Source of the DNA: Spirochaetia bacterium
GTDB taxonomy: Bacteria; Spirochaetota; Spirochaetia; CADAEX01
Assembly: GCA_963662795.1 (NCBI GenBank)
Contig: OY759746.1
Location: 2,496,001-2,560,000, forward strand
DNA: 64,000 nucleotides
Direction: 5' to 3'
The notes under the pieces were generated by a model. That model saw only the letters and a program-made list of their open reading frames with translations. It was not told the origin of the DNA and did not search any database. Made by a program: the position numbers and the translations under genes. Shown here one piece after another: positions 28,905 through 40,100 of this stretch; position 1 is the stretch's first letter; each line of letters opens with the position of its first letter.

Positions 28905-29966
28905 TTGGATAAACCTACAATCGGAATAAGAATTGCAAATGGAACGTTCTTTCCGATACTCCGGGAAAATGATGCAAGAAGAAAAAAAATAATCCTATCT
29001 CCGGTCCGGGAAAATCAGAAAGATGTAAAAATTGATATATTCCGGGGAGAAGGCGATGGTATGCTTGACCCGGTTTATGTTGCCAGTCTGATTCTGAATG
29101 GCATCAGCCAGGATTCTGAACAACCGGTTGAAATCCAGATGCTTGTTAATATAAGCAGTGACGGGGTTCTTGACGCGGAAGCGTTTGAGCCGTTATCAGG
29201 TGTTAAACAGTTCCTCTCAATAAGCCTTGATTCCATTGAGGAGAATGCGGGTTTCTATGACATGAGTGATTCAGACTCTGAAAATGCGGCAGACATATCT
29301 GCCCAGATGGATGAGGAAGACTATTTCAGCAGCGAAGAGGATAACTCCGGAGATTCTGCTTTTGACGAATTTGAAACCGGCGATGAGAGCTTCGGGAATA
29401 TCGGGCAGAGTGATGAAAATGAGGAAATAACTGAAGAAGCTACCATTGATGAATCAGAAGAAGATGATAATGAGGAAGAGAATAATTCGCCCTGGCTCTA
29501 TGAAGCTGAAAATAAGGGCAGCAAAAAAAACAGACTCCTGAAATTAGCTGTTCTGGTTCTTGGAATAATATTCATAGCTTTACTGGCATTACTTATATAT
29601 ACGCTTTTTATGAAACCAACTCTTGCCAAAAACCGGACAACGGCGCCTGTCACAGCTGTCGCGCCTAGCGCGGCTGTAGAAGTGCCTAAAACCCCCGAAC
29701 CGGTACCTGCTCCTGTACCAGTGGTCAAGGAAGAACCTGCCGTTCCGGCAGCCGCGCCTGTTCCCCCGGTTGCAGCAGCTGTTGAGCCTGTAAAAAAAGC
29801 ACCTGAAAGTGTAAAATACAGGATTAAATGGGGCGATACTCTTTGGGATATCTCTAAAACCTACTACAGAACTCCATGGCTTTATAAAAAAATTGCAAAG
29901 GATAACAAAATCAAGAATCCTGATCTTATTTTTGCCGAGACATATATTAATATCAAATCTGAATAG
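28905..29966 (+). CDS. Bitopic membrane protein: DnaK-SBD-like N-domain, acidic linker, TM, Pro-rich linker, LysM
   Basis: C-terminal YRIKWGDTLWDISKTYY...IKNPDLIF is LysM; single hydrophobic segment LAVLVLGIIFIALLALLIY. Confidence 0.8.
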   Translation: MDKPTIGIRIANGTFFPILRENDARRKKIILSPVRENQKDVKIDIFRGEGDGMLDPVYVASLILNGISQDSEQPVEIQMLVNISSDGVLDAEAFEPLSGVKQFLSISLDSIEENAGFYDMSDSDSENAADISAQMDEEDYFSSEEDNSGDSAFDEFETGDESFGNIGQSDENEEITEEATIDESEEDDNEEENNSPWLYEAENKGSKKNRLLKLAVLVLGIIFIALLALLIYTLFMKPTLAKNRTTAPVTAVAPSAAVEVPKTPEPVPAPVPVVKEEPAVPAAAPVPPVAAAVEPVKKAPESVKYRIKWGDTLWDISKTYYRTPWLYKKIAKDNKIKNPDLIFAETYINIKSE

Positions 29967-30077
29967 TTTTACCTGATCCCTTCCGAAATATAATAATAAA
30001 CTATATAATTGCATCAATTGCAGCAGCTGCTTTGAAAAGTCCTGCTGCTATTAATAAGTCATAGTGGAGTATTTTCA

Positions 30078-32474
30078 GTGTATACAGGCAAAAAAGGGAC
30101 AGCGGCGGCATTATTGATTGCTTCTTTGGCTCTATATCTTTCAATAGCTGTTTTTGCGGCTAAAACAGGTGTTCAAACAAACCCTTTGCTGTTTCCCGGT
30201 CAGTTTCTTTACAGCTACTATCTGGATTCCGCGTTTTATGTTCCGCTTTATCTTCTGGCATGCTCGTTTTTTCTTGTAAGGAAAAAATTCCACAGGGACA
30301 ATGTCATTCTACTGATTCTGACAATATTACCGTTTTTAACAACCGGACTTGCTTTGAGGCTTCACTTTCTTCCCCTGGAAGCAGGCTGGTTTGAAAAAGC
30401 CCTGCTGAAATCTTTCGGACAATTTGCGCCTGTTGTTGTTTTTCTGATAGCTCTGATTGAGGTAATGCTGATTATAAAAGCAGGCTTTTATCTGTCAGGC
30501 AGAAGAGGGGCAGATGCCCGATCGGAGGAGGAGAAATCTTTAACAGATGAAATACCTTCAGATGAATCCGTAAATAAATCAGGTGTTGAGGAGACCACAG
30601 ATTCAGGGACGGAAGATGTATCAGGGAAGAGAGGATTTGCCTCCTTAAGTCTTTCAGGTATAAGTTCCATTAGAGAGGAGATACCCCCGGTGGATGAGCT
30701 GCTTGATGAACCGGCCTATTTCCGGGTGAACAGGGAAACGGAAGGGACAGCATCTGACGGTACAGAACAGGAGGATGTTTTTACGGAAGCAGAAACCGGA
30801 GAAGAAAATTCAAATGAAAATGAATACTTTGAAATTTCCCCTGTAGATGAACCGTATAACGGAGAAACAGAAATGTATCCTGAAGATATACCTTCCGAAA
30901 CAATATATGCTTCCGCAAATCCTTTACAGGATGAAATAACAGAAGAAATGGTAAATGAAGAAATTATTGAGGCTGAAACAGATGCTTCGATAGAAGAGAA
31001 CCCGTCTATTGTAAAGGAGTATTTCGCGGCCCAGAAAAAAATCATTATAAAGAAAAAGGAATACAAAATACCGTTTGATATTCTCGATGAGTACCGTGAA
31101 GTCGGATATACAAGCATTGATGCCCGTACCAGGGATGAGGCTGAAATACTGAGGCAGACTCTGGCCGAGTTCAGAATTGAGGCAGAGGTTACAGGAATAA
31201 GAAAAGGGCCTGTAATTACAATGTTCGAAATATTACCTGCGCCGGGAGTAAAACTTTCCAGGATTACAAATCTTGCCGATAACATCGCACTTCGTCTTGC
31301 CGCATCAAGGGTCAGGATTGTAGCGCCCATCCCGGGAAAACACGCGGTCGGTATTGAGGTTCCCAACAGGAACAGGGCAATTGTATCTTTCAGGGAGCTT
31401 ATTGCTGTTGATTATCCCCAGTACACAAAATATCATCTGCCGATAATCCTCGGAAAGGATATAACCGGAGAGGAGCAGATTATTGATCTTACCCAGACCC
31501 CGCATCTTCTGATCGCGGGAGCAACAGGTTCCGGAAAATCAGTATGCGTCAATTCCATAATTGCGTCTCTCCTTTACACTAAGAAACCGCAGGATGTGAA
31601 GCTGATCCTGATAGATCCCAAGATAGTAGAATTAAAACTTTATAACGACATACCCCATCTGCTTACACCTGTTATAACTGATCCTAAAAAGGCCTTTCAG
31701 GCACTTCAGTACTGCATATTTGAAATGGAAAAACGGTATGCGCTGCTTGATGCTCTGGGAGTGAGGGATATACATTCCTTTAACAGAAAAATTAAAAGCA
31801 AAAATATCGCCACTCTTCCGCTTCCCTACATTGTCGTAGTTGTTGATGAGTTCGCAGACCTTATGGCCACCACAGGGAAAGAGCTTGAATCCACACTTGC
31901 CCGTCTTGCTGCCATGTCAAGGGCGGTCGGTATTCATCTTGTCCTTGCAACCCAGAGGCCTTCGATTGATGTTATTACAGGTTTGATAAAAGCCAATATA
32001 CCCTCCAGGATTGCATTCATGGTTGCCAGCAAGACTGACTCAAGGATTATTATTGATTCTGTCGGTGCCGAAATGCTGCTGGGGAAAGGAGACATGCTTT
32101 TTACATCAGCCTGGAACCCGTATCTGACAAGGATCCAGGGTGCATATCTGTCTGAAAGTGAAGCGGAAAAGGTTGTGGAAAAGGTGAGGGAATACGGCGC
32201 GCCTGAATACATTGATGACGAGATATTTATCGATGATGATGAGGATGATCTGTCGGATTACGAAAATGATTACGGAGATGATCCGTTAATGGATAGAGCT
32301 CTCGAAATAGTAGCGACCGCCGGTAAGGCTTCTGCTTCATATCTTCAGAGGAGACTGAAAATAGGGTATAACAGGGCAGCGCGGCTGGTCGAAGAGATGG
32401 AGAGACGAGGCATTGTAGGCCCCCAGAACGGAAGCAAGCCGAGGGATATTCTTAATATTCCGGATAAGCTTTAA
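30078..32474 (+). CDS. ftsK: DNA translocase FtsK
   Basis: N-terminal TMs, PHLLIAGATGSGKS, LIDPK, VDEFADLM, LATQRPS, gamma domain SYLQRRLKIGYNRAARL. Confidence 0.96.
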   Translation: MYTGKKGTAAALLIASLALYLSIAVFAAKTGVQTNPLLFPGQFLYSYYLDSAFYVPLYLLACSFFLVRKKFHRDNVILLILTILPFLTTGLALRLHFLPLEAGWFEKALLKSFGQFAPVVVFLIALIEVMLIIKAGFYLSGRRGADARSEEEKSLTDEIPSDESVNKSGVEETTDSGTEDVSGKRGFASLSLSGISSIREEIPPVDELLDEPAYFRVNRETEGTASDGTEQEDVFTEAETGEENSNENEYFEISPVDEPYNGETEMYPEDIPSETIYASANPLQDEITEEMVNEEIIEAETDASIEENPSIVKEYFAAQKKIIIKKKEYKIPFDILDEYREVGYTSIDARTRDEAEILRQTLAEFRIEAEVTGIRKGPVITMFEILPAPGVKLSRITNLADNIALRLAASRVRIVAPIPGKHAVGIEVPNRNRAIVSFRELIAVDYPQYTKYHLPIILGKDITGEEQIIDLTQTPHLLIAGATGSGKSVCVNSIIASLLYTKKPQDVKLILIDPKIVELKLYNDIPHLLTPVITDPKKAFQALQYCIFEMEKRYALLDALGVRDIHSFNRKIKSKNIATLPLPYIVVVVDEFADLMATTGKELESTLARLAAMSRAVGIHLVLATQRPSIDVITGLIKANIPSRIAFMVASKTDSRIIIDSVGAEMLLGKGDMLFTSAWNPYLTRIQGAYLSESEAEKVVEKVREYGAPEYIDDEIFIDDDEDDLSDYENDYGDDPLMDRALEIVATAGKASASYLQRRLKIGYNRAARLVEEMERRGIVGPQNGSKPRDILNIPDKL

Positions 32475-32490
32475 GGATCAGGTTCGGGTT

Positions 32491-33708
32491 TTGAATAAAA
32501 ATTTCAGTTTCAGGCTCAGGGCAATAACTTTTTTTCAGTATGTAGTAATATGCGGCGTTATACCGGTCATGAGTCTCTATCTCAAGGAAATCCCCGGCAT
32601 CAGCGGCGTAAAAGTCGGAATCATACTTTCAATGTCAACCGCGGCAGGCATTCTCTCTCCGCTTATCTCTGTCTATATTGCAGACAGGTATATCAGCGCT
32701 GAAAAACTTTTTTCTGTCTGCAATATTGCTGCTTCTATGCTTATGACGATGCTAAGGCAGCAGAGCGGTTTTCTGCCGATATTATTTATCTATCTTTTTC
32801 TCATGATGTGTATTACCCCATCGACAGCGCTCATAAATATCATGGTTTTTAACTTTCTTAAAACAGAAGGGTTTAGGTTCGGCTCGATAAGGGTCTGGGG
32901 AACACTCGGCTGGATATTTATGTCTCTTTTTTTCAGCTATGTGTGGCTGGGGGATATTTTTTTCATGGATTTGGAAAAATCAATCGGTGATATACTGTAT
33001 TTTTCTTCCGCCACCGCTCTTTTCCTCGGATTATTCAGTCTCACCATTCATTCAGAAAAAAAAGAATCAAAAAAGAGCAATGCGGGCCTTTCCCTGTTTG
33101 GAAAAGATCTTTCATCTCCCGACAGGAGGAGGCTTTACGTTTTTTTTATGATAAGTTTCTTTATGTCGATCGTTGATAAATACTATTATATGGGTCTTTC
33201 TCCATACCTGAGATATGCCGGAATCAGTGATAAATGGATTATGCCTGTCATCTCTTCAGGCAATATTTCGGAAATATTTTTAATGTTTTTTTTATTCAGG
33301 ATCCTTGTCAGGTTCGGATTTAAAAAAACACTGGCGGCAGGCGCTGCCGCTCATTGCCTGAGATTTTTTTTCTTTGCATTTTCAGACGGGATAATTCCTG
33401 TTTTGTCTGCAATCCTTATTCACGGCGTAACATTTGCCCTTTTCTCTGCTGCCGCATATATTTACCTGGACATGTACTGCAGCAGTAAAACCAGGACTTC
33501 GAACCATCTTGTTTACAGTTTTGTAATATCAGGCGCCGGAAACCTTGTCGGGAACCTTGCCGCCGGCAATGTCTTTGATATTTCTCTGTCAAATTTCGGA
33601 AGTTATTCATTTTTCTGGTTTATTCCCGCGATTGTCTCACTAATTTCGCTTTTTATGATTATAATATTTATAGATAACTCTAAACCGGTATTTCAGGAAA
33701 AAGGATAA
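32491..33708 (+). CDS. MFS transporter (nucleoside:H+ symporter-like)
   Basis: About 12 hydrophobic segments; IADRY and IRVWGTLGW motifs. Confidence 0.8.
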   Translation: MNKNFSFRLRAITFFQYVVICGVIPVMSLYLKEIPGISGVKVGIILSMSTAAGILSPLISVYIADRYISAEKLFSVCNIAASMLMTMLRQQSGFLPILFIYLFLMMCITPSTALINIMVFNFLKTEGFRFGSIRVWGTLGWIFMSLFFSYVWLGDIFFMDLEKSIGDILYFSSATALFLGLFSLTIHSEKKESKKSNAGLSLFGKDLSSPDRRRLYVFFMISFFMSIVDKYYYMGLSPYLRYAGISDKWIMPVISSGNISEIFLMFFLFRILVRFGFKKTLAAGAAAHCLRFFFFAFSDGIIPVLSAILIHGVTFALFSAAAYIYLDMYCSSKTRTSNHLVYSFVISGAGNLVGNLAAGNVFDISLSNFGSYSFFWFIPAIVSLISLFMIIIFIDNSKPVFQEKG

Positions 33709-36700
33709 ATGGCAGGTTATACTGCATACTACGGCAATTCCCTTAAAAAACTCTCTGCCCTTTATTCAGGCACTATCTTTAAAGTAAAACTTTTTGATAA
33801 TAATTCCATTGTAATTGTTCAGAACAGGAATATGGAAGAGTGGCTGAAATTCGGGATTGCTTCGGACAGAGGGCTGTGCAACGGGATTTCCTTTATGTTT
33901 CAGGAGCAGGCTGTCCGTTATGTTTTAAGCTTCTTTCCTGATCTTACCGTAGAACTTGAAAAAAAAAGCATCGTATATCTTGATGACCTCAAGATCATAA
34001 TATACAGAAAACTTGAGTCAATACTTTCCTCTATTGAAAAATATCCTGATTTCATCGGGCTGAAAAAATATATTGATGATTCAGCTGTTTCTTCAGACAG
34101 CGATAATGGTAAAGAGGATGTGTCAGACGATCCGGCTTTTATCAGGGGGGAAAGGCTCTTTTTCCTTTCAGACAGTATTGCGGGGCTGTTTTATCATTAT
34201 GGGCTTAACTGCGCAGAAATGACCGCCTCCTGGGGAAAGGGAAAGAGTTTCCTTGATAATTCTGAATACAGTTATCTTCTGGGACATGAAAAATGGCAGA
34301 TGGTTCTGTGGAACATGATATTTTCTGAAGGATCGCGGTATATTCATCCGGGACAGATTATAACCGGCATTCTTGAAAATAAATATGCAGTTCCTGAAAT
34401 AAACATGAATATCGCGATCTTCGGTTCTTCCTTTTTAAGCGAACAGTCAGTTTCTTTTTTCCAGTATCTCTCATCAGTCTGTAATGTTACTGTGGACCAT
34501 TTTATACTTTCTCCTTCTCCGTCATTCAGTACAAATGGAAAACCGGCTGATGCAGATGATTCGCCGGCTTCTCAAAGATGGAGCAGTCTTGTCACAGGAT
34601 TATCGCGGTTATTGTCAGATAAAAAAATTACTGTAAAAGAGTATTTTGATTGTCCTTCTTCATCTACCCTGCTTGGCAGTCTTAAAACAATGATTTTCAA
34701 CAATAAAATACATCCTGTTCCTGAATTTACGGCTGCCGACAACTCGCTTCAGATTATTTCGGCTCCCGGGAAAAAAAGGGAAATTGAAATATTGAAAAAC
34801 AGTATTTTAGGACTTGTTTCTTCAGAAAAAATCAAATTCCACGAAATAGGTGTTGCGGCGCCGGATATAAATGCTTATCTCCCGTATATTGAATCAATCT
34901 TTCCTTCATCGGATGACCTGCTAGATGTTCCGTATAACATTATGGATATCAGTTTTGCAATGCAGTCCCAGTATGTTAAAGGGTTCCTGTCCCTGACTGA
35001 ATTATGCGGAGCGAGGTTTACGAGGAAAGAACTTTTTACCCTTTTTTCCAATCCATGTTTTATGGAAAAATTTGAACTGGATGAAAAGGATATAGCAAAG
35101 TGGCTTGATATCTGCGGAGAACTTTCAATCAAATGGGGCCTTGATTCGGGCCACCGCAGGGATGCCCTTTCATACATTGATAAATCAGGAACATGGACGG
35201 CAGGGTTTGAAAGGGTCGCATCAGGTCTTGTCTTTGACGAGTCAGAGGGGGAAGTAGTTTTCTCCGATAAAGGGGCAGTCCTTCCTTACAGTCTGACTGA
35301 CAGTAATGAAGAAAAAAAAATCTCCCTGATGTTTGCAGTCTCCGAGTCGCTTTACCGTGATTTGTACCATATCAAAAAAAAGGAAATGGAACTTACCGGC
35401 TGGACATCTTTTTTTGAAACAATTATGGACAGATATCTGGAGCCTGTTCCCGGTTTTCAGCATGAAAAGGATAAAAGCTTTCTTAAAAATATTTTCCGGC
35501 AGATAAACAACCTGGCCGGCGGCAGGGAGAAGGAGGAAACAGAAAACCTCTTTCCTTTCCCGGTGTTTAAAGCTCTTCTTGACGGGTACTCGGATGCGGG
35601 AGGTTATTATAAGGGCCAGTATCTTTCTTCCGGAGTCTGTTTTTCCTCGATTAAACCCTTGAGGGCCATTCCATTCAGGGCAATATTTCTGATAGGCATG
35701 GATATCAATACTTTCCCCGGAAAAGACAATCCGCCGGGGTATGATCTGCGGAACCTGACAGAAAAAAGCATAGACCTTACAAAGCAGAATACTGATTCTT
35801 TTGCCTTTCTTGAAACAATAATTTCGGCAGAGGAAAAACTTGTAATATCTTATAACGGTACAGACCCGGTCACGGGAACTTCCGAGGACCCTTCCGTTCT
35901 GGTTACCGAAATAGAAGATATGACAGGTAAATATGCCGCTGAGCAGATAACTTCTGTGCATCCCCTTAAGTCTTACGACCCTGCCTGTTTTGACGGTTCC
36001 AACGGTAAAATATTATCATACGACAGCAGGAACTATCTTCCGGCTCTGTGTGTTTCCTCCGTAACATCAGGAGGTAAAAGAAATAATGTTTTCTATCCTG
36101 TATTTGTCAAAAAACAGATGGAAGGAGCGGTGCCGGACTGCAGCCCTGTTAAAGCAGGCACAGATATATTCAGTCTCCTGCAGTTTCTGAAAACGCCGCT
36201 GAGTCATTACAGCAGGACAATAATGGGCCTTTCTTCCAATCCATTAAGCCTCCCTGAAAACGATATAACTGAAACAATTGGAATTCCATGGCATGAACAG
36301 TTTAATATTACGGATGAGATATCAAAAATTTCAAAACAACAGTCTTTTGATGATTTTATCGAATCAGCATTGAAAGCGAGAATCCTTGACAGCAGGGCCG
36401 GCAATATTCCTGCAACCAGGGTTGAATATGATCTGTTAAAAAAAGACACTTTGAACTTTTATAAAAATCTTGAAAAATCAGGTTATTTCAGTCTTGGAAA
36501 AGTTAAGGTAACTATCGGCCGGGGCAGTTATGTTGAAAAGAATGATGAAATAGTTTCTCTCTCTTTTCCGGCAGTTGTTTTTGAAGGGGAAAAAGGTGTT
36601 CTTGAAATATCAGGAAATCTTCCTGAGCTCAGATGCAGCGGAAGTGATTATTTTTCAGTAGTAAACGGTAAATTCAAATTAAAAAACATTGCAGGCCATT

Positions 36701-37086
36701 TATTGAATTACCTGCTGCTTTCAAAGATAAACGGGAAAAACTCAGCAGTTACTTATTCTGTTTTTGATCTGAACGGGAACAGGAAAGGGGTATTTTCCTC
36801 CGGAAATGTGGCCGCCGGCATTGCGGAAAGTGCAGTTGCGGACGCATTTATTTCTGCATCTGTTAATCCCTGGGTTGTTGATCCAGATTGTATCGAAAAC
36901 GGGATAAAATGCTATAAAAACGGCGGTAATACTGATGATGTTATAATCTCCATGAAGCAGTATTATGAGAATAACAGTTTCAGCGACATGAAATACCTTA
37001 AAGGTTTTGATAATGTCTCTCCATGGTTTGATGATGTGTATTTCAGAAAGCTGCTTGAGAATTTCTATTCTCATCTGGTGTTTTAA
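33709..37086 (+). CDS. recC: Exodeoxyribonuclease V gamma subunit
   Basis: VIVQNRNMEEWLK, REIEILKNSIL, VAAPDINAYLPYIESIF, PLRAIPFRAIFLIGM, FLETIISAEEKLVISY; directly upstream of recB and recD. Confidence 0.88.
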   Translation: MAGYTAYYGNSLKKLSALYSGTIFKVKLFDNNSIVIVQNRNMEEWLKFGIASDRGLCNGISFMFQEQAVRYVLSFFPDLTVELEKKSIVYLDDLKIIIYRKLESILSSIEKYPDFIGLKKYIDDSAVSSDSDNGKEDVSDDPAFIRGERLFFLSDSIAGLFYHYGLNCAEMTASWGKGKSFLDNSEYSYLLGHEKWQMVLWNMIFSEGSRYIHPGQIITGILENKYAVPEINMNIAIFGSSFLSEQSVSFFQYLSSVCNVTVDHFILSPSPSFSTNGKPADADDSPASQRWSSLVTGLSRLLSDKKITVKEYFDCPSSSTLLGSLKTMIFNNKIHPVPEFTAADNSLQIISAPGKKREIEILKNSILGLVSSEKIKFHEIGVAAPDINAYLPYIESIFPSSDDLLDVPYNIMDISFAMQSQYVKGFLSLTELCGARFTRKELFTLFSNPCFMEKFELDEKDIAKWLDICGELSIKWGLDSGHRRDALSYIDKSGTWTAGFERVASGLVFDESEGEVVFSDKGAVLPYSLTDSNEEKKISLMFAVSESLYRDLYHIKKKEMELTGWTSFFETIMDRYLEPVPGFQHEKDKSFLKNIFRQINNLAGGREKEETENLFPFPVFKALLDGYSDAGGYYKGQYLSSGVCFSSIKPLRAIPFRAIFLIGMDINTFPGKDNPPGYDLRNLTEKSIDLTKQNTDSFAFLETIISAEEKLVISYNGTDPVTGTSEDPSVLVTEIEDMTGKYAAEQITSVHPLKSYDPACFDGSNGKILSYDSRNYLPALCVSSVTSGGKRNNVFYPVFVKKQMEGAVPDCSPVKAGTDIFSLLQFLKTPLSHYSRTIMGLSSNPLSLPENDITETIGIPWHEQFNITDEISKISKQQSFDDFIESALKARILDSRAGNIPATRVEYDLLKKDTLNFYKNLEKSGYFSLGKVKVTIGRGSYVEKNDEIVSLSFPAVVFEGEKGVLEISGNLPELRCSGSDYFSVVNGKFKLKNIAGHLLNYLLLSKINGKNSAVTYSVFDLNGNRKGVFSSGNVAAGIAESAVADAFISASVNPWVVDPDCIENGIKCYKNGGNTDDVIISMKQYYENNSFSDMKYLKGFDNVSPWFDDVYFRKLLENFYSHLVF

Positions 37087-37134
37087 ATAAATGCGGTATC
37101 TGTAAGTATCAGGATGCGGCATTAAAAGGAAAGT

Positions 37135-40100
37135 ATGGAAGAACTCGAAATATCAAAAGTCAACCTGGACCGGAACATGGTTATTGAAGCATCTGCCGGC
37201 ACGGGAAAAACCTACAGCCTGGAACATCTAGTTATCCGCTATATAGCTGAAAAAGGGTATGACATATCTGAAATACTTGCCGTAACATTTACTGAAAAAG
37301 CCGCACTTGAACTTAAAAGCAGGATCAGGGCTCTTCTTCGTGAAACAATCAATGAGAGCAGTAATTTGTACAGTAAAAGAGAAACGGAAAGGCTCAGGAA
37401 AGCCTTTACAGGATTCAGCGATGCCCAGATATTTACAATACATGCTTTCTGCCAGTCCTGCATAAAGAATTATCCTTTTGAGAGCAAGGCGGCTTTCAGA
37501 ACTGCAATAATGGATTCAAAAGATCTCTACAGGGAAACTGTTCTTGATTATTTCAGGACTGCGGAAGACGACCTTGACAGCTGTTACCAGAGTTTCAGAA
37601 AAAACAATAAAGAATTTGAAGATGCGGCAGATTTTTTTATTTCACTTCTGGAAAACCCGTCTGTGCTGGAAGCGGAAGAAAATACTGTTATTCCCGGAAA
37701 GGAAGATGTTGAAAGACTTGAAGAAAATATTTTTATGTTCAATAACTCATCCGGTCCGGTTTATCAGGCTGTCAGGGCTCTTTATGAGTGCAGTTTCGAC
37801 TCCGGGACTGTTGAAAATATTTCAAAAACCGTAAAACTCGGGTTCAGGGACAGTACTTTTGAAAAACTTTCAGCACTGCTGCGTCTTGTAGCCTCATCGC
37901 AAAGTCTTTATGAAATATTTTCAGATGATTTTACTGCAGACGCAGGAAAACTCAGGAAACTGACAATCGAATTTATCAGGGGCAGGGGATTTGATCCGGA
38001 AAGTCTTGATAATAAAAGTTTTCAGCTGGTAAAGGCTGTTTCTGATTTTTTTAACGCTGTTGACATGTTTGCGGACCGGGATGAAAGCGGTTCTGTTATT
38101 AATTATCTATATCATAATATTGCTGGTTTCACTTTCATTAAAAAGGCATCGGAAAAAATCAGCTCTATCGCGGAAAGGAAAAAAAAGAGCGCATCCCTTC
38201 TTGATTTCAATGATCTTATCAGGATAACACGGGACTCTGTCAGTAATCCTGATTCATCACTGAATGCTGAGCTGATGCGGAAATACAAAGTAGTTCTAGT
38301 TGATGAATTTCAGGATACGGACCTTGCGCAGTGGGAGATATTCAGCAGAATTTTTAATCAAAAATCCCATGTAATGATTCTGATAGGAGATCCCAAGCAG
38401 TCTATTTACCGCTTCAGGGGCGCAGATCTTGAAATTTATTTCAGGGCAGTTGAATCGCTTTCGCCTGTCTCCAGGTGCCGGCTTGCGACATGCTACAGAT
38501 CTCCTGAGAGCGTGGTCAGCGGGATTAACGATATATTCAGCAGGGTTTTTTCATATACTTCCGGCGGGGGTCACAGGATTAATTATGCTGATGTGAAAAG
38601 CGCGCCTGCCAGTCAGGCGGAAACTGATAAGATAACTGGCAATGAGGAATCAGCCCCGGTTATTGAAACCGGAATAGAAATACTTGGGCTGGAAAACAAC
38701 AGCGATAACAGTTCAAAGGGAAAAATATCAGTAATAATTGAGAATATTTATGCTGATGAAATTGCATCCCTTCTTTTAAATGGTGTTTCCCCATCTGATA
38801 TATGTGTTCTCATGGAAGCCAACAGCGACTGCATATCAATGCTTGATGCATTGAAAGAGAGGAACATTCCTTCAGTCTACGAGGGTGATATAAATCTTTT
38901 TGATTCTGCGGAATCCGCCCAGTTTGCAGATTTTTTATACGCGCTTTCACAGCCTGCCTCTATTCCTGTACTTAAAAAAGCCCTTTTTTCCGATTTTTTC
39001 CGGTTTTCAGCAGAAGACATCCTCAGAATTGAAAAAGACAACAGCATTGAAAGGGTTATAACAATCTTTTCACTCTGGAGCGCCAAAACTGCATCAGGGC
39101 ATCTTTATGAAGTATTCGACACTGTCTTTTACAGTGAAAATCCGTTTGCCGGAATTGCAGAGTTAAATCAAACCGACAGGGTTCCATATATTGCAAGAAA
39201 GCTGGCTGAACCCGGAGGCGAAAGAAAGGTTTCAAATATTCTTCAGATAGCGGAACTATTGACTGTAAAAAACATTCAGGAGAAAGAAAACGCCGCTGCG
39301 ATATTGCGTTATCTGATTTCTGTTATTGAAGGTTCGCAGCAGAGCGATCAGAAGAATATAAGGCTTGCCCATGACAGGAGCTGTGTAAATGTGATGACAA
39401 TACACAAAAGCAAAGGGCTTGAGTTCCCTGTCGTTTTTTTTGCCGGGGGTCTAAGTACTTCAAAGCCCGCGCCGCACAGGGAATCCTGGTATGAATATAT
39501 TGAAAACGGCCGAAGATATGCTGATTTTACCAGAAAAAACGAAAACAGGTTAAAACAATTCAGGGAAATGTGGGAAGAGAAAAAAAGACTCTATTATGTT
39601 GCAATGACACGTGCTTCAAAAAAACTGTATCTCCCATTAATCAAAAACGGAGCTCCTGGAAACCTGAGCAGTTTTTACGCATCACTTGTTTATGAAAATT
39701 TGTGCAGCGGACTTGAAGAAGGAGGTATTGCAATTTCACTGCCTCTCGATATCAGACCGGAACATATTCCAAAAAAGATGAAAATGGAAGAAGCGAAAAC
39801 CATTGTCTCTGAAAAAATATATACACTGATAAAAAATTTCTCCGAACAAAGGAAATATATTAAATTCAGATCCTTTGATGTCGAATCTTCTGAATTTGAA
39901 AAAACTCCTCCAGTCTGTTTTTTGCCTGTTAAACAAAAAAATGCGGGCAGGCTGCACCTTGCTAAACCTGATTATGATAAAAAAACAGCAGGGAGAGGAA
40001 TACCGCTTTACAGTTACTCCAGTCTGTCAAGAACCGGGACAGCGGGTTCTGCATCTGAGTCTGAGCAGCAGCATAACCGGATTAAGCATCTGGAGATGAA

